Assembly: GCA_030704615.1 (NCBI GenBank)
Contig: CM060732.1
Coordinates: 70,990,001-71,054,000, forward strand
Source of the DNA: Takakia lepidozioides
Taxonomy: Eukaryota; Plantae; Bryophyta
DNA: 64,000 nucleotides
Direction of reading: 5' to 3'
In this document: positions 1 through 11,550 of the stretch, one piece after another
Position numbering within the stretch: the stretch's first letter is position 1
How the letters are laid out: every line of letters starts with the position of its first letter
The notes under the pieces: generated by a model
What the model saw: only the letters and a program-made list of their open reading frames with translations
What the model was told of the DNA's origin: nothing
Databases searched by the model: none
Translations under genes and position numbers: made by a program

Positions 1-784
1 AGGAGAACAAAGTATTTGGAGTTTATAAAAAAAGAAAAAAAAAGAATGTAAGTATTTAATGGAAGCATGCAATTTGACGGTATTTTTGCGGGTCTTCACG
101 GGCCCCGTCAAATCCTCCCACTCCCTCTTACACCCGACTCACTATTAAAGATTTTAGATTGCCATTGGTTGTTTTGTAGCTACAGGTAGTCTGCTACTAA
201 GGCAATGGTGATAGAAGTTATGAGGTGCAGGCTTTTATTCTTGTCGGATTGCTATGTTACCCCGGTCCGTGTAACTCCGGTTTAGGGTTCACTTTAATTT
301 GTGATATAGCAATTGGTAAATTTTGCGACACCATGTGACACCCCCTTCCATGTTGCTCCAGTATCACTCCAACTACTAGTATTACTCTGGTGATGGCACC
401 TCGTTCTGTCTCACTTTGGTGTCACCCCTAATTTGTGCCACTCTCAAGAGGGGGTGGGGAAGATTTGACAGGGAGAAAACCATCGTCTGGGCGTTAGTTG
501 GGGGCAAACGTGGTAGCGACTCTTTACATTGCTGGTTGTTAATCAGCTCCAACACCATCATCACTGAACCGAAGAATTTGGAGTTGATGGAGAGTCCAAT
601 TGCTCACAATTGGAAATTGATTCTAGGGGAAAACCATTAAAGAGCGCAAGTATACTAAATCATATCGTACCATAGACGAAAAGCGCTGAAACGACTACCT
701 TTGAATCGAATATGTCAAGGATCAATTAACCATTCGATGGTATTGTTCTGCAACGGTCGAAGCAACCCAACATGAGATCCTCCA

Positions 785-972
785 TGTCGTGCGCACACAT
801 ATCGTTACACAACTACATCGCTGTCCAAAACTACACAACACATGTGCACGCCACACACTAGTATATCACTAGTCCACCACTAGTCCGGCCACTAGTCCAA
901 CCACTAGGCTACAACTGGTCAGTCACTAGGCTGCCACTATGCTGCCCACTATGGCAGTCACTAGTCCACACA
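785..972 (-). repeat. 3' LTR-like terminal repeat of B1, containing about 9-10 CACTAG-type minisatellite units
   Basis: Starts TGTCGTGCGCA like repeat A at 19743 and ends CA next to the reverse-complement PPT (ATCGCCCCCCTAGCTGG). Confidence 0.75.
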
Positions 973-1232
973 ATCGCCCCCCTAGCTGGTGCTTAGGTCT
1001 CTCTAAGTCCAGGTAGCCACAAGATGTGATAGTGACCATAGCCTCACTAAGTGCTCTACCACTATCCCTACTACACTCAAACTCGATAGATCAAGAGGCC
1101 GGGTGCAAGAGTTGCCCCATCGTTAGTCGCCGTCTTGCAACCTGTGAACTTGAGCTTGGGATCTCATGTATTGACTCCTATGAGCTTGGCCTCCCATGTC
1201 TTGTTAGCTGCCTCCAGTCATGTCCACTACCA

Positions 1233-1700
1233 CTATCCCAAGCAGTGTGGACACAACCAATCTCCGTCAGGAACCTTCTCAAGAGGTGGTGTCAAGCATC
1301 CCATATGCCAACCCCTTGAGCATCGATCACACACCAGCATGGTGGCTGCCCCTTTGGCAGACCCACAGAGCATGCACCTCAAACCTGCAGGTACCACTGC
1401 CAAGTTTGGGTCAACTCTGCCATCGACATTGGGAAGGTGACATGGCACACAATTACGCACATGGTCCTTCCAAGTCATGCCATCCCGACCCTCCAATATC
1501 AGGACCCCTGAGGGCGACACCTCTCGAACCCTCAGAATAACATGCCCTGCAGTAACATCCAGAAGTCGTAAGAGTAGTCTGCTACAAATAAACATAGTCA
1601 CCAGGGCTAAACCTCTGAACCCTAGGACGATATCCTCCACCACGTATAGTGGCATACCTCAACGTATCACGGTGCTGTGCAATGGCAAGGTTCTCAAAAA
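1233..1700 (-). pseudogene. B1 integrase C-terminus with C4HC3 PHD finger (stop and frameshift)
   Basis: CMLCGSAKGAATMLVCDRCSRGWHMGCLTPPLEKVPDGDWLCPHC. Continues the integrase at 8703-9716 across the element A insertion. Confidence 0.9.
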
Positions 1701-1705
1701 CCATG

Positions 1706-2430
1706 TGTCGCGGCCCTTTGCCTTGAGGGCAGGGGGTCGGGACACATGAGGGGCTGCCCCTGTGGTGGGGGCAGCGGCAGCGATAGGTATGGGGGGGCTG
1801 AAGCACCCTTGAGTGCCCAAGGCACTCAAGGAGGCGGAGGCGCTCACTAGGTGGAGCCCCGCACACCGGGTTGCGGTGGAGGTGGCTCCACAAGGGGTGG
1901 TGGTAGCTTAGTGGGACTTAGTGGGGGTGGCATAGGACTCACCATGGGGTGGAGACCTCGAGGTGGGAGTCGTGGGGAGTCTTGGGACTCATCACGGTCC
2001 ATTGGGGCCGCGGTGAGTGGGCCAAGACTCACCGCGACTCACCACCGGGAGTCGAGGGTTTTCGTGGTGGTTCGCCATAAAATGGCATGGCTGGTTATGA
2101 ATCCCCCGCGGACAGCTACAGAAGTATATATAGGGAGTAGTAACCCCGAGAACGGTGCAAGCCCGTTGGCGACCAAAAACTAGTGAGTAAGCGAGCGAGC
2201 CGGAAAGCGACCAAAGAGTGGGGAGCTGTTCCGGACTGCCATCTACCAAAGGGAATTCTCCTAGTCCCAAATAGGTGGAGGGTTTAGAGGGAAGCGGAAG
2301 GGGACCGTTATGTCCCGGTGAGCAGCCGAAACTCCAAGTTGGCCCGGCGGCCAGGTTGGGAGTCAGGCGCGCGCATCAAAGCGAGTAACTATGACTTGAA
2401 GGGGAGTTTACCGAATTGAGGTGTGCGACA
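1706..2430 (+). repeat. 5' LTR of element A (725 bp)
   Basis: Differs from the 3' LTR only by one G-run indel and one T/C substitution, as far as I could find by eye. Confidence 0.97.
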
Positions 2431-2432
2431 CT

Positions 2433-2444
2433 TGGTATCAGAGC
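2433..2444 (+). promoter_or_regulatory. Primer binding site, tRNA-iMet
   Basis: TGGTATCAGAGC, 2 nt after the LTR end. Confidence 0.93.
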
Positions 2445-2485
2445 CTAGAGTTCAGTACGCGATCGTCCTTGGGATTGGCCTCATC

Positions 2486-3676
2486 ATGGGGTCGGGCAAG
2501 CCGAAGCGAAAGCGGAACGGCCCAAAAGATGATGATCCCGGTGAGCCCGAAGGGGGCGACGTGTCACCGAGGCGGCCGTTTGAGGAAGCGATTAATGTTT
2601 CCGAAAACGAGGCCGCTCAGGAGCGGGAGGAATCCGAGGAGTCGGAGCCCGAGGAATCTTTGAGAGCTCCGACAAACCAAGAGATGCCTCCCATGCCGGC
2701 AGCCTTTTGGGAAGGGTTGTTGGCGCAGTTTGGCGGGACGTTGAAAGACGTGTTGAAGGCGGCTAATGCCACTTCCACCAAGGCAAAGTTTAAGGTGAAG
2801 CCTAAGGAACCCGGCACCTTCGAGGGCGTTCGAAACCGGAAGGCACTCAACACCTGGCTCCTGGAGCTAGAGCAGTACTTCCGGGCGGCCAAGTTGAGTG
2901 ACGAGGATCGGGTGGAAGTGGCTCCCACCTATTTGAGGGGCTATGCTCAACAATGGTGGCAGAAACGCCTTCACGACCGAGGCCCAAGCCCGGAAACCTT
3001 GAACTGGAGTGAGTTCAAGGAATTGATGAAGAGACAGTTTGTGCCCCTCAACGCATCCTGGCTTGCCCGGGACAAGATGAGGAATTTGAAGCAAACAGAT
3101 GACATTCGGGGGTATGTCCAGGCTTTCAATGTGCTGTTGCTCGAAGTCGCGGACATGGCAGAACCAGAAATGGTCTTCAACTTTGTGGCGGGACTGGCCC
3201 CATGGGCTAGGCGGAAGTTGGAGGAGAAGCCACCCAAGACTTTGAACGAGGCAATTGAGAGAGCTGAATGTTTCTCGGATGTCTCTAGGGGTGAGAGACA
3301 AGGCCGTACGGAGCTGAACCACAAGAAGACCCGGCGGGAAGGTGACTCCTCCCGACCGGAAAAGAAGTGGGATAGGCCACGCGGCGAAAATGGCACGTGG
3401 AAATCGAAGGGAGGTCCTTCACACGTCAAGGCGGCACCCGGTGCTTCGAAAGGAAAAGCGGGTGGAGCGACTTATGGCGGGCAGAAGGCGACCTTTGATG
3501 GAGTGTGTTTCAATTGCGGGGAGCCCGGGCACATGGCCAAGAAGTGCACGAAGCCCTGGCAATTGAACATGACTCGGGCGACCACAGAGCTGTCGGAAGA
3601 TACCATCAGTCGCTTGGTGGAAGCGGTGGTCGCCAGGACTTGCAAGGTAGGCAAATTTTCTTGTGAGTTGTATTAG
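2486..3676 (+). CDS. gag: Gag of element A (capsid domain plus CCHC knuckle)
   Basis: ATG at 2486; EPGTFEG..WL..LEQYF, LKQTDDIRGYVQAF, CFNCGEPGHMAKKC. Ends at a TAG that is in frame with pol. Confidence 0.92.
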   Translation: MGSGKPKRKRNGPKDDDPGEPEGGDVSPRRPFEEAINVSENEAAQEREESEESEPEESLRAPTNQEMPPMPAAFWEGLLAQFGGTLKDVLKAANATSTKAKFKVKPKEPGTFEGVRNRKALNTWLLELEQYFRAAKLSDEDRVEVAPTYLRGYAQQWWQKRLHDRGPSPETLNWSEFKELMKRQFVPLNASWLARDKMRNLKQTDDIRGYVQAFNVLLLEVADMAEPEMVFNFVAGLAPWARRKLEEKPPKTLNEAIERAECFSDVSRGERQGRTELNHKKTRREGDSSRPEKKWDRPRGENGTWKSKGGPSHVKAAPGASKGKAGGATYGGQKATFDGVCFNCGEPGHMAKKCTKPWQLNMTRATTELSEDTISRLVEAVVARTCKVGKFSCELY

Positions 3677-6600
3677 GAAACTGGCGCCTTACAAAAAGGG
3701 AGTCAGTTATTGTTCGTGGATGGGATAATATCCGGAACTAATGTGTCGTTGTTGGTGGACACAGGAGCGTCGCACTCCTTCATGACGCCGGCGGCGGCGC
3801 GAAAGTTGGGACTCCCGACAAGTGACGTGGGGGCCTCTATTGAGGTGCGCTCTGCCAAAGGAGAACCTCAGTTGGCAACAAGGTTGGCGTTTGATGTTCC
3901 TCTTCAACTGGGGAGTTGGGAGGGACGTGAGAACTTCACTATCTGCGAGATCGATGGAGTGGATCTCATTTTGGGAATGACCTTTTTGAGCAAATCCGGA
4001 GCGGTCATAGATGGCCGCAAGAGAGTAGTCACGCTGCCATGTGGGAATGGTGGCGAGGTTTTACGAGTGTCGGAAACGCCCAAATCCGTGGGAGGGCGAA
4101 TAAACCTTCTATCAGCAAAGGAGTGGGCCGTGGAGGAGACACACGAGTCCCAGTTTTTGCTTTACATTAGAGAAGTGAAAGGAGAAGGCGATGGGGAGCC
4201 GAGCCCAGATTGGATCAAGGGGATTTTGGAGAAATACCAGGATGTGATGCCGGAGGATTTACCAAGCGGCTTGCCACCGCGAAGAGGAGTTGACCACAAA
4301 ATTGAGGTGATACCGGGATCGGAACCGCCTGCCAAGGCGCCCTACCGGTTGAGCCACAAAGAGTTGGTCGAGCTGAAGACTCAGCTCAAAGATCTAATGT
4401 CAAAGGGGTACATCCGGCCGAGTAAGTCACCTTACGGAGCCCCGGTGCTATTTGCAGACAAGAAGGATGGGACGCTGCGGATGTGTGTCGATTACAGGGC
4501 TCTGAATAAGGTGACTATCAAAAACCGGTACCCTTTGCCAAGGATCGACGACCTCTTCGATCGGTTGGCAGGAGCGAAGTATTTCAGCCGGATCGACTTG
4601 CGCTCCGGCTATCACCAAATTCGGGTGGCGGAAGGAGATGAGGAGAAGACCGCGTGCAGGACAAGGTATGGTTCATATGAGTTCTTGGTGATGCCTTTTG
4701 GGCTCACCAATGCACCAGCGACATTTAGCACGCTGATGAACAGCCTTTTCCAGGAGTGGTTGGATGACTTTGTGATCGTGTACATCGACGACATCTTGGT
4801 GTACTCGAAAACAAAGGAGGAGCACCTGGAGCACCTCAAAAGGGTGTTCCAAAAATTGCGAGAAGGGAAGCTGTATGCCAAAGCTTCAAAGTGCGAATTC
4901 GGGGTCACAAAAGTGGAGTTCTTGGGGCACGTGATTACACAGGATGGGATCAAAATGGATGACAGAAAGGTGAGGGCGATCTTGGACTGGGAGCCTCCGA
5001 CTTCGGTCCCGGGAGTGCGATCCTTCCTAGGACTCGCCTCCTATTACCGGAAGTATGTGAGAAATTTCGCCAAGATCGCGGGGCCGCTGTCGGACCTTCT
5101 GTATAAATCCAAAGTCTGGGTATGGAACACATTTTGTGGCCAAGCTTTTGCTGAATTGAAGCAGCGGATGACGGAAGCTCCAGTCTTAAAAATCCCGGAG
5201 TTCGATCGTCCGTTTGAGATTCATACAGATGCATCGGACTTCGCAATTGGGGGTGTACTTATGCAAGATGGACGTCCAGTGGCTTACGAAAGTAAGAAAC
5301 TGAATGAAGTGGAGCGACGGTGGCCGACGCACGAAAAAGAGATGAAGGCGGTGGTACATTGCCTTGAACTCTGGCGCCACTATGTTGGTTCCAACCCAGT
5401 GAAGGTGTTCACGGACAATGTCACGGTGAAGTATTTTGCCACGCAGCCCAAGTTGTCCCCAAAACAACTTAGGTGGCAAGATACTTTGGCAGTGTTCGAC
5501 GTGGATATCCAGTACAAACCGGGACGGGACAATGTGGTGGCCGATGCTTTAAGTAGAAAGCAGCAGCTCTTGTTGGTGTACAAGGGCGAGACGGCGCTCC
5601 AAAGGAAGATCCGGAAGGCTTGCCGGAAGGATGAGCTGGCAAAGTGCGTGATGCAAAACTTGAGAATGGGGGTTAAATCGCAGTTCCACTTGCAAAACGG
5701 ACTGCTCCGGTATAAGCAAAAACGTCTCTATGTGCCAAAGGGAGGGATCAGGGATAGTCTCTTGAGAGAATGCCATGATAGCCCGCTTGCGGGCCACGGT
5801 GGAGCCAAGCGCACTGCGGCACTCTTGAAGAAAGAGTATTTCTGGCCCAAACTGAGGGAGGAGGCAGAGGAGTATGTAAAGACATGCACCACATGCCAAC
5901 AAAACCGGAGCGAATATAAAAGCAAGCGGGGCTGTTACAACCCTTGCCGATTCCAGAGGGGACTTGGGAAAGCGTCTCGATGGATTTCATGACTGCTATG
6001 CCGCTGTCAAAAGGATTCGATGCAATCATGGTGGTGGTAGATAGGTTCAGTAAAATGGCCCATTTCATCCCCACCAAGGAGACGGCTACTGCGCAGGAGA
6101 CAGGGCGACTTTACTTCGCCCACGTCTTAAAGCATCATGGAGTCCCGAAGGATATTGTCTCGGACCGCGACCCAAAGTTTACGAGTAAATTCTGGAGAGC
6201 ACTTTGGAAGAAGATGGGGACGAGGCTGAAGATGAGCACCGCCTTCCGACCTACGACGGACGGCCAAACGGAAAGAGTGAATTCCGTAGTGAAGCAATTC
6301 TTGCGGAATTACGTGTCGGCAGACCAATCAGACTGGATGGAACACTTAGACGCGGCAGAGTTCTGTTATAATAACACAGAACACTCCGCGACGGGAGTTT
6401 CCCCTTTTGTGTTGGTCTATGGAAAAGCACCTCTGGTGCCGACAAGTTGGGCCGCCCAGGACGTTGAGGAACCGGCAGTAGCGGCGGTACTGGAAGAACG
6501 CGAGCGTTTGTTGAAGCTCGCAAAGTACAACATTGCCAAAGCTAGGAAACGGTATGAAAGGCAGGCGAATCGGAAGCGGAGGGAAGTGAAGTTTGAGGCA

Positions 6601-7047
6601 GGCACAGAGGTCTGGTTGAACATCAAGAATTTTCGACTACCTCCGGAAATGAGTCCGAAGTTCGTACCTCCGTATGCGGGTCCCTTTCGCATTCGGAGGG
6701 TTATGAATGAAGATGTGTATGAATTGGAGCTGCCAGCAAACAGCAAGGTGCACCCAGTATTCCATGTCTCCCTTTTGAAGCCTTACTTCAAAGATGAAGC
6801 ACGTCCGAATCGGCAGCAAGTGTTGCGTCCGCCACCTATGCTGTTGGATCATGAAAATGAACCCGAGTACGAGGTGGAGGCAATACTTAAGTCGAGGAGG
6901 TTCAAGAACCAAGAAACGGAGTATCTCGTCAAATGGAAGGGCTATCATCTTGTGGAGGCATCTTGGGTGCGTGCCTCAGAAATGGGAAACGCATCCGAGG
7001 CAGTTGCAGCGTTCGAAGGGCGACCTCAAAAGCGGAAGAAGCGTTGA
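3677..7047 (+). CDS. pol: Pol of element A: protease, RT, RNase H, integrase, chromodomain; one frameshift near 5920
   Basis: [26 protein letters not shown] ([13 protein letters not shown]), SMDF/SDRD/TER, GPF motif, and chromodomain [24 protein letters not shown]. ORFs 3710-5992 and 5944-7047 join if one A is restored at 5918-5921. Confidence 0.95.
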
Positions 7048-7953
7048 TGGGGACATCAACCTTGGAGCGTGGGGGAGGAAATGCATGCTTAGCCCGGTTT
7101 AGCTAGCTCAGGAATCCGATTGCAAAAACTTGTATTGTACAAAAATTTGTGATAAAGGAAATGGGTTCCAAATATTGTGCGTCCTATTGTGTTTGGAATG
7201 TTGATGCATGGTGTGGTTGACTGGTGTGTAGAATGCATGCTAGCTTACAAAAGTGGGAGAGGTAAATTGGGTTAATCGTGTGTTTGCGCAGTGCCGAAAT
7301 CGGGTGACTCCCATCCAAGGGGCAAGGAAACTTGCGCCTTATTTGGGAGTTCAAGTGCTAGTGCGCACCTGGCGCGTGCGCGTACTATAACTGCGCTACC
7401 GAGGGGGTTGCCTTGTAGTGCGGGCTAACGCGGAAGCTACGTGCTTCCGTTCACGTACTATAATCGTGTAGCCTCGGGACGAAGTCGTAGTGCGGCTTCG
7501 GCGTGTTCCCGTACCTCAGGCCAGCATTCCAAGGCGGACCCAATTGTAGTGATTGGGGCGCACGGTTGGTTCAAGATTATCTTCCTAGTCAAAGAGGGTT
7601 CCAGGTGAACCCTTGCTCAAGGTGATGCCAAAAGCGGCATCATGAGCGATCGCAAGCAATGTTGTTGCAGTAAGGCGATTCGATCCTCGGGGAGGATCGT
7701 TCCTTGGCCTTGAAGTAGGCCAAGAAGAGTGCACTAGGAGGAGCTGGAGAGGCTCCACCCTTGGCCGGGACTTGGAGGAAGTCGGCCGAACTAGCTAGTG
7801 GAGAGTGGAGTCAAGTGTGTGGTTTGGTTCTTTGCCATGGGACGCCATGGTACGAAAACAAACTCCTTGATGTGGGACGCCACAACTTGGATGTTCGTGT
7901 CTACAAAATGGACAAGTCGATGAGGACATCGACTCCCTGTTGGTAGGGGTGTG

Positions 7954-8677
7954 TGTCGCGGCCCTTTGCCTTGAGGGCAGGGGGTCGGGACACATGAGGG
8001 GCTGCCCCTGTGGTGGGGGCAGCGGCAGCGATAGGTATGGGGGGCTGAAGCACCCTTGAGTGCCCAAGGCACTCAAGGAGGCGGAGGCGCTCACTAGGTG
8101 GAGCCCCGCACACCGGGTTGCGGTGGAGGTGGCTCCACAAGGGGTGGTGGTAGCTTAGTGGGACTTAGTGGGGGTGGCATAGGACTCACCATGGGGTGGA
8201 GACCTCGAGGTGGGAGTCGTGGGGAGTCTTGGGACTCATCACGGTCCATTGGGGCCGCGGTGAGTGGGCCAAGACTCACCGCGACTCACCACCGGGAGTC
8301 GAGGGTTTTCGTGGTGGTTCGCCATAAAATGGCATGGCTGGTTATGAATCCCCCGCGGACAGCTACAGAAGTATATATAGGGAGTAGTAACCCCGAGAAC
8401 GGTGCAAGCCCGTTGGCGACCAAAAACTAGTGAGTAAGCGAGCGAGCCGGAAAGCGACCAAAGAGTGGGGAGCTGTTCCGGACTGCCATCTACCAAAGGG
8501 AATTCTCCTAGTCCCAAATAGGTGGAGGGTTTAGAGGGAAGCGGAAGGGGACCGTTATGTCCCGGTGAGCAGCCGAAACTCCAAGTTGGCCCGGCGGCCA
8601 GGTTGGGAGTCAGGCGCGCGCATCAAAGCGAGTAACTATGACTTGAAGGGGAGTTTACCGAACTGAGGTGTGCGACA
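7954..8677 (+). repeat. 3' LTR of element A (724 bp)
   Basis: Near-identical to 1706-2430; preceded by a G-rich tract (GGTAGGGG). Confidence 0.97.
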
Positions 8678-8702
8678 CCATGGGCATGACTTTCTTGAAC
8701 AA

Positions 8703-9716
8703 CTATGCACGCTGATCACATGCACGTACCCACACGTCCGGATCGTCAAGGTTAAGGACTTGAGTAGTGTCCCTACGAATGGCTGCAGGCAAATCCGGCT
8801 CTCGGCCAAAGAGAAGGAAATATGGTGAGAAGGAGGCAAGTGATGCTTGTTTCCTGAACCTGTAGCCCATGGCTAACCAAGGAACTTGAAGATCCCAATC
8901 TCCTAGGTGTCCCTTCTGCAAGCCATACTTACGCAAACCCCTCTTCACCGTCTGAATAACTCTCTCTACCAAGCCATCGGCCTCAGGATGATCCTGAGAA
9001 GTGGTGCGGTGGTCTATCAAGGCTTTATCACACAAAGCCTGAAACTCCCCCAAGAACTCTCTCCCTTGGTCCGTGAGTACCTCAGCTGGAGCACCAAATC
9101 GGCTAAGCACACGATCCAAGAATGCATACGCAGCCCCTTCACTAGCCTTGTCAGGTAATGGAACCAACTCAATCCACTTGGAGAAGTGCTCTACCATCAC
9201 TAACACATATCTGTGGTGGCGCATAGTCAGTGGCAACGGTCCTGCGAAGTCAAGACTCCACCTGTAGCCCAATCCCATGATTGGTAAATGATGCAACTGT
9301 GGTGTAGGGGCGTTGAATGAAGCACGCATCCTGTCACACACCATGCACCTAGCCACGAACTGTTGCACCTCTGTATGCATACCACGCCACCAATACTGCC
9401 CCTGCAGTAAACTGTGAGTGCGTCGCACTCCAAAATGCCCCAACTCCTCATGGGCATGCCGCACTAACCGTGCACGCTGTGTGGGGTGAGGCACAATCCT
9501 CACCCGACCATCCTCCCATACTCGGAGCAGGTGTATCCCCTCCCACTTGAACCTCTTGGCTCGTTGCAGGATCCGATCCCTCTCCTTGGCAATCACAGTG
9601 GTTGCCATGTCTCTAGTACAGAGGTAGTCCAACACAGCCGAATCCTCATGTATATCTCTGGTACCACCTGGCTCATCACTAGCCTCAGGGTCCTCATACA
9701 CTCCATCTACAGTCAA
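8703..9716 (-). pseudogene. B1 integrase core (HHCC plus DDE)
   Basis: HAHEELGH..RCMVC, WSLDFAGP, LTDQGREF, DGLVER; premature TAG at 8703. Confidence 0.92.
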
Positions 9717-9867
9717 ATGAAGGGAGAGACCCCTGCATCTGAGGTCCTCTCTGCCCTTCCCTGAGCTTCACCTGAGCCCCCTTGTTGCCTTGAGCACGTT
9801 GAGGTAGTGGTTGGCTAGGAGCACCACTACCCCGTGGTGTCTCCTTAGCAAATCCCACCATGACCAC

Positions 9868-10815
9868 TCATTCCTCCACCATGTTGAGCTCTATCCGCTC
9901 TGCCAGCAAAAACACATTTGTTAAGGTGGGTTGGGCCACTTGTAGGAGAGTTGCATCCCTCACCCTTCTCCTCAGCTCCTTGTCCAATATCCCATACCAA
10001 AATTGGACTGCATGAGCTTCCGTAACCCCTTGGGTTATATTTATCAAGCGCCTCATGCGAGTGAAAGCCTCCCTCAAGCTCTTGGTCGGCTTCCGTTGGA
10101 ACTCTTGCAAGCTCCGCAACTTCTCTGTCCTCACCCCTTGATAGTTCCCTCTCAACTCTTCGAAGAACTCCACAACAGGGTTGAAGGCAGACACGAGTAC
10201 TGGTGCTGGTGCGGTAGTGGCTTGGGTGGACGTCGTAGCTACTGCACCACCAGTCCCACTAGTCCCACTGTTGCTTGCTGAAGCTGCCGGTGCAGCGGCA
10301 GGTGTAGCCACTGCCCTCGTGGCTCTAGTGCCCCTAGTGATGGAGACATAGTCGGGTGACCAGTACATCCTCCACTCCTCGATCTCAACCTCATGCCCCC
10401 GCCTGAACTCATGGTAATCATCCATAGGCGGCCCCTCAAGGTGCTGATACAACCCCTTCCATGCCATGAAAGGCGTAAATAGTTGTGGATTGCGCATTTG
10501 CTGCAAATCACACCAACTATCAAACTCTTGAATAAAATCCAACTCGATGGTGCCCACCGCCCCAGAGTACCTTTGTGGCCCCTTGGTAGCTCCATACATC
10601 TCCTCCATTGTGTCCCACAACAATGGCAAGGAAACAACTTGCACCGCTGGTATGAGTCCTCCTGATTCACAATCCGAATCAAAACCTTCCGTAGAAGACA
10701 CAGGAGGTGAAGGTGGCCTAAACTGCACACCTCGTCTCGTGTACCTACTAATCACGCTAGTGCTCGAACCGGCACTGTTCCCAGCAACTAGTGGCACCTC
10801 CGTGTTGACACTCAA
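9868..10815 (-). pseudogene. gag: B1 gag (truncated; zinc knuckles through RNase H deleted near 9720)
   Basis: Homologous to B2 gag (MEEMYGATKGP.RYSG..FIQEFDSWCDLQQMRNP..EKLRSLQ.FQR). The junction at ~9716-9735 joins B2-equivalent positions ~22036 and ~40030. Confidence 0.85.
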
Positions 10816-11550
10816 CCGGTCATGAACATGTCCCTAACCCCCTCTCCACAAGGTAACCGGGTAGAGAACTTGTTGCGGCTTATGGTTTGGAATACTAAGT
10901 TCCTAACATAGCCTATACCTATACATGCATCCACCGCAAGCACTCCTATGGTTGGCTGGTCATCACCTCCAACCTCACCACAGGAGAAACAATGATGGTC
11001 TGGCTGGTCTTCACCCCAACCTCACCATCGACAGCATGCTCTAGGATTGGCAGGTGATCAAATCCGGACCAATCACCTATAAACAAGCGCCCACACAAAA
11101 CTAGCATGGCGCCCAGTCAAGCATGCAGGTATGGAGGGGATCCAAACACAAGAAATTAGAACGACAACTCCCCCACACCAAAAACAACTCCACGGTGTTG
11201 CTCCTGCAATGACACCCCAGCCCAAACCCGGACTGACTCTTGCCTCCACCTACGGAAAGGTCTTGGCCTAATGAGAGGGTGGAAACTACGAGGAATAAAA
11301 GCTAAATCAATGCCTAACCCCAGCATGCCCTCATCCCAACACTCTTCCTCTCCTCTCTTCCCTCACTTGCATGACCATGGGAATATCATGAAGATACTCC
11401 TCAAACTGCCCTCCACGAGCTTCAAAATTCGGCCTTCAAGACCACATGCCAGTTCTTAGGCAGTCCACCAGTGCCTCCACGAGTCAGCACAGGCCGTCCA
11501 CAGGTCAACACGAGCCACCACAGACCAGCACAGGCCCACATAGCTCACTC

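Larger units (their letters stand above)
1706..8677 (+). mobile_element. Full-length chromovirus (Ty3/Gypsy, Tcn1/Galadriel-like), element A
   Basis: LTRs at 1706-2430 and 7954-8677 (TGTCGC...GCGACA). TSD CCATG at 1701-1705 and 8678-8682. iMet PBS; gag-PR-RT-RH-INT-chromodomain order. The lineage assignment is tentative. Confidence 0.97.

Noticed and set aside
855-970. Multiple CACTA(G) words as CACTA transposon ends
   Set aside because: They are minisatellite units inside the B1 terminal repeat, with no matching TAGTG end or TSD.
3647-3676. 30-nt GT..AG intron removing the gag stop in frame
   Set aside because: Shorter than typical plant introns; kept only as an alternative to readthrough.
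7412-7420. CTTGTAGTG as the partner TIR of the CACTA at 45265
   Set aside because: It lies on the wrong side and inside element A, and the match stops at 9 bp.
7761-7946. Second, decayed chromodomain in element A
   Set aside because: Only the terminal SMRTST-like hairpin sequence resembles a pol end; the chromodomain core residues are not recognisable.
11107-11115. TGGCGCCCA as a tRNA-Lys PBS for B1
   Set aside because: Wrong strand for a minus-strand element, not adjacent to an LTR, and altered in B2.
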